A stretch of DNA of 15,702 nucleotides. It comes from an uncultured archaeon (lineage in GTDB: Archaea > Altiarchaeota > Altiarchaeia > IMC4 > QMZM01). The DNA is taken from the NCBI GenBank assembly GCA_964549685.1, contig CAZJVE010000018.1:1-15702 (forward strand), in the 5' to 3' direction. Below, in pieces: positions 1-7,238 of this stretch. Position 1 is the first letter of the stretch. Each line of letters begins with the position of its first letter. The notes beneath the pieces are model-generated. The model was given only the letters and a program-made list of their open reading frames with translations, was not told where the DNA came from and searched no databases. The position numbers and the translations under genes were made by a program.

Positions 1-7
1 TTGAGGC

Positions 8-20
8 AAAAAGAATAAAT
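8..20 (-). terminator. Candidate archaeal oligo-T terminator of the cdh operon
   Basis: Minus strand reads ATTTATTCTTTTT immediately after the cdhE TAG stop. Confidence 0.4.
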
Positions 21-1397
21 CTACTTCCAGTTCTCCTTCAGGAAGCTGCCAATCATGGAGGAGTCCTGAGGTCCGATGATGACCTCCCAGCCTGTTGCAT
101 CTTCGATTGCCCCAGAGATTCTTGCAAGGACTCCCGGCACTATCAGCTTCTTGTGCTTCACCTTCTCTGCAACCTTGTTGTCCTTCAGCGCCTTCTTGAT
201 TGCGGAGGGGTTGAGCTTGTCGGCCGCGAGAGCAACGGTAACTGCAAGGCCCTCGGTATCGACGACGAGGAGGTAGCAGGGAAATTTCATGTTCTCCAGG
301 TCTCCTGCGACGTTGAAGTATGTCAGAGCAAAGTTCGATGTGACAAAGACGGGAGAATTCTCGTCCGGGGAATTTATTTCATATAGCTTCGGCTCTGTCG
401 ACGGCTCAACCCTTGGGTCGGTATAGATGTTCTGTTTCAAGACGACCGATGTCAGGAAGGACCATACCTCTGTTGAATGGAAGACGATGAGGCTTACGAA
501 GCGGTCAAGGAGCATGGCAACGAGGTTGGACTCGTAGAGGGCTGCCTGGGTTTCGTCCTTGGAGCTCTGCCAGACCGGGAGGGTGGAACCCATCAGGGGA
601 TAGCGAACCTCCCCGACCTTGTGGAGGGCTGCCTTCCTGAGCTGGGTGAGGTTGTCGAGGGTTCTGGCAAGTCCCGCGCCATTGGGCTCTATGCCCGGGT
701 CGAGGACAAGGTTCTTGAAGCCTGTTGCAGAGATATTGCCGGCTATGGTTCCCAACTCTGAGAGGTCGGTCGAGTGGACCGCCAGGGGGCAGTCGAATTT
801 CCTTGCTATGGCGAGCATCTTTTCCCAGTTCTTCGAGTTGGCTGCATAGAGGAGAGGTCTCCTGCCCTTAACGGCCTCCGCTCCTGCCTGCAGAACCTCC
901 GGGCTGAAGGAGCAGAGCACCAGGGGGCCCTTGAATTCCCCGGCAACTGTTTCAACGACCTTCTTGAATTTCCCGGCATCTCCAGAGGCGGCCCTTATTG
1001 AGATTCCATCGAGGCTCAGTTTTTCTCCGATTCTTTCGAATTCAAAATTATTTACCAAATCCACCCGGCTCTTGATTTCCTTATCATCCATCAAATCGCT
1101 GACGTCGAGCATTAGTGCCGTTGGATTGAAGAAGCGCAGCTCGTGGCGGTACATGACCTCCTCGCCGCCCAGTGTAAGTGCTGAGTCTCCCTTCCCCATC
1201 ACAACGTCCCTGACGGGAGGAGTTGTTGCCTCTACCAGCTTCTCCAGCTCTCCGGGCCCAAATTCCGGGCAGTCGGCGGGCTTCTTTTCCCTCTCAAGGA
1301 GCTTTATGGCGAAGGCCATGCAGGTGTCCTCACCGCATTTGGCGCAGTTCTTCTTTGGAAGATACCCGTAAACCTGAAGTGCCGTAAGCCTTTTCAT
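21..1397 (-). CDS. cdhE: ACDS gamma subunit (corrinoid Fe-S protein, large subunit)
   Basis: N-terminal LPKKNCAKCGEDTCMAFA...CP [4Fe-4S] motif; GGEEVMYRHE, NIYTDP and TSNFALTY motifs; 458 aa; ATGA overlap with cdhD. Confidence 0.97.
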   Translation of the reverse strand: MKRLTALQVYGYLPKKNCAKCGEDTCMAFAIKLLEREKKPADCPEFGPGELEKLVEATTPPVRDVVMGKGDSALTLGGEEVMYRHELRFFNPTALMLDVSDLMDDKEIKSRVDLVNNFEFERIGEKLSLDGISIRAASGDAGKFKKVVETVAGEFKGPLVLCSFSPEVLQAGAEAVKGRRPLLYAANSKNWEKMLAIARKFDCPLAVHSTDLSELGTIAGNISATGFKNLVLDPGIEPNGAGLARTLDNLTQLRKAALHKVGEVRYPLMGSTLPVWQSSKDETQAALYESNLVAMLLDRFVSLIVFHSTEVWSFLTSVVLKQNIYTDPRVEPSTEPKLYEINSPDENSPVFVTSNFALTYFNVAGDLENMKFPCYLLVVDTEGLAVTVALAADKLNPSAIKKALKDNKVAEKVKHKKLIVPGVLARISGAIEDATGWEVIIGPQDSSMIGSFLKENWK

Positions 1398-2542
1398 TTT
1401 GCCTTAATCCATGATTCGTAGTTGAATGGTTTGCCCTTCTTCGTGTCCGAGAAGAGGTAATCTGATATCTTCTCGACCGTTTCTATTGCGAGGGGGTGGA
1501 GCATCATGAAGAGGTCCGCTCCCGAGAGCAGTGCTGCGAGGGCGGTGTTGCCCTCCCATAATGGACCGCGGTATTCCCTGGAACCAATCTCGTCTTTGTC
1601 AATCCAGGCCTCTCTGGCGCTCCATGAGTTTGAGGTTGCTGAAACGATGGGCATCATCAGGTTTGCATCCCCTTTAAGGCCTGCCAGCCGGCACCTCTCC
1701 ATGGCCGATATTGAGTATTCGATTCCGTAGCCTACCCCGCCGGTAAAGAGGTCCATCACTATCTGCTCCTGTTTCAGGCCCTGCTTCATCAGATTCTTGT
1801 TGAGCCTTCTCATTTCATCGGGGTTCATTGAGACCAGCGAGAGGACTGAGTGTCCGTGCTCGACTGCAGCCTTTGCCACTCTTTTGTAGTCCATGTCCGG
1901 GTCGACTGTGGAGAGAAGGGCCTTCTCCTCGGCGCAGATTTCAGCGGCTTTTTCGAGAAGCTCCGGGTCTTTCTCGGGGTTTCCGGAGCCGCCGATTATG
2001 ACAGGGACCTTAACCTGCTGGATGAAGTCCTCTATAAGCTTGCATGACTCCTTTATGGGAGTGTCCTTGACAGTGGGGTCCGAGCTCACGAAATGCAGGG
2101 TAATCATCTGGGCGTTGAATTTCTTCACCCTGAATTTCGCCCACTCTATGGGGTCTTCCATCACGTCAGGGAAGTATTTTCTCACGTGGGTTGGCAGTGA
2201 AATGGGCATGTCAAAGACGTCCTGGGATATCAGAGGCCTGTTCGGGAACTTTCCCTCGAAGAAGTAGAATGGTGGGGCTGTCTGGCCGCCGATTTTATGG
2301 CTTATGGACCGGGTGCCGCCCTCTTTCTTTGTTGCGCCGAGCTGAACCTCGGCTATGGCGAATTTGTATTCGTCCTTGGAAGGAGAGAATTCAAAGTGGG
2401 TTAATTTTTTTTTTCCTTCCGCGCTTATGGGCTGGGAGATAATCTGCAGTTCCAGTTCTTCTGCCTCGAGGTCGAAGTTCTCAATCTCAAGCTCCTTGCT
2501 CTCTCCGAGGAGTTTCTTTAGTTTCTCTGTGAGTTCATCCAT
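1394..2542 (-). CDS. cdhD: ACDS delta subunit (corrinoid Fe-S protein, small subunit)
   Basis: GGSGNPEKDP, GYGIEYS, REAW, RGPLWE and GADLFMMLHP motifs; acidic N-terminal ELEIENFDLEAEELEL segment; located between cooC and cdhE. Confidence 0.96.
   Translation of the reverse strand: MDELTEKLKKLLGESKELEIENFDLEAEELELQIISQPISAEGKKKLTHFEFSPSKDEYKFAIAEVQLGATKKEGGTRSISHKIGGQTAPPFYFFEGKFPNRPLISQDVFDMPISLPTHVRKYFPDVMEDPIEWAKFRVKKFNAQMITLHFVSSDPTVKDTPIKESCKLIEDFIQQVKVPVIIGGSGNPEKDPELLEKAAEICAEEKALLSTVDPDMDYKRVAKAAVEHGHSVLSLVSMNPDEMRRLNKNLMKQGLKQEQIVMDLFTGGVGYGIEYSISAMERCRLAGLKGDANLMMPIVSATSNSWSAREAWIDKDEIGSREYRGPLWEGNTALAALLSGADLFMMLHPLAIETVEKISDYLFSDTKKGKPFNYESWIKAK
2405..2414 (-). repeat. A10 homopolymer (coding strand) in the cdhD N-terminal linker
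   Basis: T10 at 2405-2414 on the plus strand; coding strand reads GGA AAA AAA AAA TTA (GKKKL). Confidence 0.9.
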
Positions 2543-3296
2543 TCTTGGTTAATTTCGAAGCTATGTTTTCGGCCTCCTTGTAGGCCGGTGATTCCGGACT
2601 TATGCCCGTTATTGGCTTGCCCCTGAGGTCGAAATCGCTCACCTCTGGGTCGTCGGGAATCGAGCCGATTACCTCGATGCCGAGCTTCCCGGCCTCCTTT
2701 TCGAGTACGCCTTTGTTCTTGGAAGTAACTCTGTTGATTATTAGGTATAAGTTATTGAATGTTATATTGAGTTCACGGGTTAAATCCTTGATTCTCTTTG
2801 CCGTGTCCAGCCCTTTCTTTGATGCGTCGCTTATCACAAGGAGTGAGTCGACGTTCTCTGTGGTCCTCCGGGACAGGTGCTCAAGACCGGCCTCGGCGTC
2901 TATCACTATGTAGTCGTAGGACTTTGTGATGTTGTCCACAATCTCCCGGAGCATATGATTTATGGCACAGTAGCACCCCTGCCCCTCTGGCCTGCCCATA
3001 ACAAGCAAATCGAAGTTGTCTGTCTCGACGGTAATCTCAAAGACCTTTGCGTCGAGGTATTTCTTCTTCTCAACCCCGGGGGATGGCTTCTCTCGGAGCA
3101 TGTCCTCCCGTATATCCCCAACGGTCTTCTGGAATTCAACACCGAGGGATTCCGCAAGATTTGAGTCGGGGTCGGCATCTATTGCAAGGATTGATTTCCC
3201 CGGCTGCGAGTCACCCAGTATCCTTATCAGCAGGGCGGAAAGCAGGGTTTTCCCGACTCCACCCTTGCCGGTTACCGCTATTGTTTTGCCTTTCAA
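2535..3296 (-). CDS. cooC: CooC/AcsF-family nickel-insertion ATPase (ACS-associated type)
   Basis: Deviant Walker A GKGGVGKT, IDADPDSNL, GQGCYC Ni-binding CxC, DAEAGLEHLSR; TTG start overlaps the upstream small-ORF stop (TTGA). Confidence 0.93.
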   Translation of the reverse strand: MKGKTIAVTGKGGVGKTLLSALLIRILGDSQPGKSILAIDADPDSNLAESLGVEFQKTVGDIREDMLREKPSPGVEKKKYLDAKVFEITVETDNFDLLVMGRPEGQGCYCAINHMLREIVDNITKSYDYIVIDAEAGLEHLSRRTTENVDSLLVISDASKKGLDTAKRIKDLTRELNITFNNLYLIINRVTSKNKGVLEKEAGKLGIEVIGSIPDDPEVSDFDLRGKPITGISPESPAYKEAENIASKLTKNG

Positions 3297-3469
3297 TGTG
3301 CTCTCTTGATTATAACCTTCTCCGCGTAGACCTTTGCGTTCTTGAGGATTATGGTTATTCCCCCTGCGGTTGACTCGATATCCCCTGCCATGGCCGGCTC
3401 CGCGCCTTTGCCCTTAATCTTCAGCTTCAACGGCTTCTTGATGTTCAGCTTCAGTGGTTTCTTTTCCAT
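3293..3469 (-). CDS. 58-aa basic protein carrying the detached CdhC C-terminal motif (absent from the ORF track)
   Basis: Hand translation: MEKKPLKLNIKKPLKLKIKGKGAEPAMAGDIESTAGGITIILKNAKVYAEKVIIKRAH*. It fills the cdhC-cooC gap exactly: ATG 2 nt after the cdhC TAA, TGA overlapping the cooC TTG. GGITIILKNAKVYAEKVIIKR resembles the C-terminus of archaeal CdhC proteins. Confidence 0.85.
   Translation of the reverse strand: MEKKPLKLNIKKPLKLKIKGKGAEPAMAGDIESTAGGITIILKNAKVYAEKVIIKRAH
3416..3463 (-). repeat. Imperfect 24-nt tandem duplication (KKPLKLNI / KKPLKLKI)
   Basis: AAGAAACCACTGAAGCTGAACATC followed by AAGAAGCCGTTGAAGCTGAAGATT; differences are mostly synonymous. Confidence 0.85.
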
Positions 3470-3471
3470 TT

Positions 3472-4836
3472 TTATCCGAGAACTCCATCCTCCTGGAGTT
3501 TCTCTATTATCTTCATCAGCTCATCCTCGGTTATGCCCAAATCCTTGGACGCCTCATCAGGATATATCTCACCGTCCTTTTCCTGTATGTAGCTTATTAC
3601 CTTATCCCTAAGGTCATCGCCCTTGGCGCCCCACCTCTCAACCACCGGGTGTCCCTTCTCCTGCAGGAATTTCTTGAGTTCGTCGAGATTCGTGACTTCC
3701 TTTTCCGTTGCAATCTTGTCATAGACGTCTTTCGGGACCGCTTCCTTGACCCTCTCCTTTATGTGGGAGGGGAGCCATACTATCCTATCCCAGCCACCCT
3801 CGGCATTAAAGAATTTTGCCGATTGCATCCACTCGACTCCGAAGCCCAGGAATCCCTCTGCCTGTTCCCCGCCGCCTGTCTGGGTCGCCATGGCGGAGAA
3901 TTTAAGGCCGTTGACTGCAGCTTCATTGTAATTCCGGTCCACTATACCTATACCCTCAACCTCCGGGATGAAGAATGCTATGGCTTCAAAACAGCCGCAG
4001 CTCGTATGGGGGTAGCCGAACATGGAGTACATGAAGAAGCGGTCGTTAGCGCCGTTTGTGGCCTTCTTTATTGCCTCATTCACTCCTGAGTATTCGCCGG
4101 TCTTCTCGTCCAGCAATTCCCCCTTATCAACGGCAAAGTTCGGACCGTCCGGGTCTACGTTTGCTGCTGCCCTGGCATCAATCCAGGATATGGAGCCGCA
4201 TAGAGAGACTCTCTGAGGGGATATGACGCAGACGTGGTTCGGCGCAAAGGACTGGCATAGAGTGCATGCGTAGAACACATCAACATCCTCGTCCTTCATT
4301 CCTCTCACTCTCTTGTCCCTCTCCTCGTAAATCTTTACGGCCATGTCGTGATGCTCCTTGACCTTGGCCTCGTCTGTCATGAAGGTTATCTGGCTCTTCT
4401 CGATGAATGGAAACGCGGTCTTGAATAGATTCAGAATAGCCGTTCCAATATGCTCGAAGGTAAGGCCCTTCTCCTTCGCGTCCTTGCTTACCCTGCACCA
4501 GATGTCATATCTCTGGTTGAGGTGCATGAAACCCTGGATATAGTTGAGGAAGTCGTGAACCCTTCTCTCGATAACCCCTTCCAGTTCCTTCTCGACCTTC
4601 CCGCCGTAAATGTCTACGAGAATTCCAAAGGACGACCTGTCCCCCTCGCCGAATTCCGGGATGTCCTTCCCTAGGACAATTACCTTTCCGTCCTCAATCT
4701 CGTCTGCCTTCCTTACCTGCACCAGTTCCGCCTTGTATTTGACCTTTGGTCCTCCAAGCTCAAGGAACATGTCAGGGCCTCTAATTCTTTCACCTTCGTG
4801 TACGATTCCTACCTCTACCGGAATTTTGTCTGTCAT
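3472..4836 (-). CDS. cdhC: ACDS beta subunit (acetyl-CoA synthase) with an atypical C-terminal winged-helix-like domain
   Basis: EGERIR, ERRVHDFLNY, A-cluster motifs CTLCQSFAPNHVC and HTSCGCFE, GGWDRIVW; GGAGG Shine-Dalgarno upstream; ATGA overlap with cdhA. Confidence 0.97.
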   Translation of the reverse strand: MTDKIPVEVGIVHEGERIRGPDMFLELGGPKVKYKAELVQVRKADEIEDGKVIVLGKDIPEFGEGDRSSFGILVDIYGGKVEKELEGVIERRVHDFLNYIQGFMHLNQRYDIWCRVSKDAKEKGLTFEHIGTAILNLFKTAFPFIEKSQITFMTDEAKVKEHHDMAVKIYEERDKRVRGMKDEDVDVFYACTLCQSFAPNHVCVISPQRVSLCGSISWIDARAAANVDPDGPNFAVDKGELLDEKTGEYSGVNEAIKKATNGANDRFFMYSMFGYPHTSCGCFEAIAFFIPEVEGIGIVDRNYNEAAVNGLKFSAMATQTGGGEQAEGFLGFGVEWMQSAKFFNAEGGWDRIVWLPSHIKERVKEAVPKDVYDKIATEKEVTNLDELKKFLQEKGHPVVERWGAKGDDLRDKVISYIQEKDGEIYPDEASKDLGITEDELMKIIEKLQEDGVLG

Positions 4837-7166
4837 TTTTTGCCTCCGCTTAATCTTCTAACGAGTGTTGGGTCGGGCGTCTTCTCGACCGGCTTCCAGC
4901 CCTGTTTACTCAAGACGTCCATTAACTCCTCCTTTTGTGTTAGAGGGATGTCTGCCTCGGTCCTTACGAATCTGTGCAAATCCTCCGGCAGCTTTCCGTG
5001 AACCTTTTTATGCAAGTCGATGTAGTGGGCCAGCTTTATCTGCCTTCCCTTGAAACCGTCCGATGCCCTTAAACAGAGCTTTGGAACCAGCATCATAACC
5101 TCCTCCTTTGTCTTGGCGACATAGCTGAGATGCTCCGGGACGGGACCGACATCGTACTTTCCTTCGCCCCTTGTGTCGAAGACGCCCCAGTCCGTATTCT
5201 CATCACTTAGAAGCTCCCTCCTGTATTTGATTCCCGAGGGGCCCCAGATGACGGGAATTCCAAGGCGCATGACTCCGGCCCCTATAGAAACTGCCTTCTG
5301 GGAGTAGGTTCCCCAGACAAGTCCCACTGCTCCGAGCCTGTTCAGGATGTAGTCTGCAATCTCCTCGAAGTTCTCCCTGAGGGGCCTCTTTGCGAATATG
5401 TTTGCGACCTTCATTGCAGCTCCTGTAATGTGGGAGTTGGCAACGCATGAGCCCACGTTTACTAGGTTCCCTGCATTGAATTCTCCCCCGTATTTTTCAT
5501 AGAGGTTGTGAGCAGGACCTGAGTAATCGGTTGCGAGGGCCATGGCGGAGCATCCTGAAGTAGTAACAATATAATTCCTTTTCAGGAACTCCTCGACTAT
5601 TTCGCCGAGTTCCTTTCCTCCGTGAGGCCATAGCGAACAGCCGACCGGAGCCAGAATCCCTGGAATCTCACCAAAGACTACCGGGGCTCCGACGTTTCTG
5701 ATTTCGACATCCTGAATTGCTCCTCTTCCCGGGCTTATCTTTGCCTTGTCGTTCTCGAATCTCTTCTTGTAGACGGCTGAGTAGGCAGAGGTAATCTCAA
5801 TCTTCTTCGGGCACCAAGACTCGCACCTTCCGCAGAATACGCAGGTTCCAATGACATCAAGGAGCTTGTCCTTGGGGATTATCTCGGGCTTCTTCTTTTC
5901 CTTGCCTCCCGCCTTTGGCTCTATGCCGTTGAAGTGCTTGTTGATGCTTGCGACTATGCTCGTGACATTTAAGCCAACCGGACATGCCTGCGAACAGAGG
6001 CCGCAGCTTATGCAGTCCTTTGCGGAATCAAGGCCGTCCTCGGGCTTCTTCTTGCCCCTCTTCTTTACACCGATGGCAGTCTTTACAGCAATCTCTCCGA
6101 GCTTATCCAGATCTGGGATGAAGCATCCGTCAATCTCCCCGGAAACGAGTTTCTTGACGACCTCCTCGGGGTCCTCCTTCGAAAGGTCAGGGAACCCACC
6201 AGCATTCTTTTCAGATACGGTTATTACAGGTATTCCGAGTTTCTTTGCATTCTCTGCAGTGTCAAGCCTGATACACTGCGCGTCAAGGACTATGACATCA
6301 GCAATGCCGGAGCGAACGAACGGGAGCTGATAGGAGAGCTGGCCGACTATCTTCGACTTGGTGTCGTACCTACCCATATCAAGGGCAGTGCAGCAGATTC
6401 CCGCAATCTCGACGTCCTTTTTGTTATCGTTTGCATAGTCGATTATCTCAACGCCTCCAGCGACGTTGTGGCCGATGCAGAGAACTACGGGCTTTTCCTT
6501 GTTTACTGAGCCAAAGCCAATCTCCACGAGCTCGGGATTTGGGTCACCTTTGGGAAAACCAAGTGCAGCAACCTGTGCGATGTCTGCTATCTCCATACCA
6601 AGGTGGTCTACCATGCCTGCATGTAGGGCCTTGGAATTGAAGTCTATATCGCTTGACTCCTGGCCCATGTGCAGTGCAGCCGATAGGTGGGTTAGTTGCT
6701 CCTCGACATAGTCAAGGCCCTCTTCAAGGTCTGACAATGTCTCCGGCCTTTTCCCAATAAGCGTTCTGAACCATGGGGCCTCAACCTCGGTATTCTCAAC
6801 GTGAAATACCTCCTTGTTCCTGCCGAATTTCTCCATCATCCTGTCGAGGATGTGCCTTGCGTGGGCCGTATGGCAGGCTGAGCCGGTAATTGACAGAAAG
6901 AGGTTCTCCCGGGCCATCTGCTTGTCCAGTGTTATGCCGCAGGAGCCTCTCCTGTTGGCAGACAGGTCGCAGGGCCCATATGCGCAGAACTGGCACTGCT
7001 TTATGAAGGCGTGGTACTTGGGCTTGTATCTATTTAGCAATGTATGGTCCCACTCCCTCAAATGGGTAACGGATGGCTTCTTATCCGGGCCCTTCTTCTC
7101 CGTCCATTCATCCTCCTCCTCGACTTCACCTATGTCTATTCTGACATTTTTACCTTTGATTCTCAT
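4833..7166 (-). CDS. cdhA: ACDS alpha subunit (archaeal Ni-CO dehydrogenase)
   Basis: LREWD; B-cluster C58/C61/C66/C76; CHTAH; C-cluster ligands in GHN, ICC, AQC, VGC, GCSA and GSC; two ferredoxin motifs CISCGLCSQAC and CVFCGRCESWC; YSQKA; C-terminal PDPT. Confidence 0.97.
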   Translation of the reverse strand: MRIKGKNVRIDIGEVEEEDEWTEKKGPDKKPSVTHLREWDHTLLNRYKPKYHAFIKQCQFCAYGPCDLSANRRGSCGITLDKQMARENLFLSITGSACHTAHARHILDRMMEKFGRNKEVFHVENTEVEAPWFRTLIGKRPETLSDLEEGLDYVEEQLTHLSAALHMGQESSDIDFNSKALHAGMVDHLGMEIADIAQVAALGFPKGDPNPELVEIGFGSVNKEKPVVLCIGHNVAGGVEIIDYANDNKKDVEIAGICCTALDMGRYDTKSKIVGQLSYQLPFVRSGIADVIVLDAQCIRLDTAENAKKLGIPVITVSEKNAGGFPDLSKEDPEEVVKKLVSGEIDGCFIPDLDKLGEIAVKTAIGVKKRGKKKPEDGLDSAKDCISCGLCSQACPVGLNVTSIVASINKHFNGIEPKAGGKEKKKPEIIPKDKLLDVIGTCVFCGRCESWCPKKIEITSAYSAVYKKRFENDKAKISPGRGAIQDVEIRNVGAPVVFGEIPGILAPVGCSLWPHGGKELGEIVEEFLKRNYIVTTSGCSAMALATDYSGPAHNLYEKYGGEFNAGNLVNVGSCVANSHITGAAMKVANIFAKRPLRENFEEIADYILNRLGAVGLVWGTYSQKAVSIGAGVMRLGIPVIWGPSGIKYRRELLSDENTDWGVFDTRGEGKYDVGPVPEHLSYVAKTKEEVMMLVPKLCLRASDGFKGRQIKLAHYIDLHKKVHGKLPEDLHRFVRTEADIPLTQKEELMDVLSKQGWKPVEKTPDPTLVRRLSGGKK

Positions 7167-7180
7167 TTTTGTCTTTTATT

Positions 7181-7210
7181 TGTAATTATTGATAATTATA
7201 GATTAAAAAA
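7181..7210 (-). promoter_or_regulatory. Putative cdh operon promoter region with a 7-2-7 inverted repeat
   Basis: Very AT-rich 72-bp spacer. Palindrome TAATTAT-TG-ATAATTA at 7183-7198. TTTTTTAAT on the minus strand about 40 nt before the ATG could be TATA-like or the terminator of the upstream genes. Confidence 0.5.
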
Positions 7211-7238
7211 TGGGCTTAATTAGGGATGCATAAACGAA

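Noticed and set aside
3465-3480. Homopolymer sequencing error splitting cdhC from the mini-ORF
   Set aside because: The junction is GGA TAA AA ATG. Changing the A-run length cannot remove the TAA, and both parts have clean ends. An upstream indel can only be excluded with reads.
3454-4089. 211-aa plus-strand ORF
   Set aside because: Antisense shadow of cdhC with no recognisable motif.
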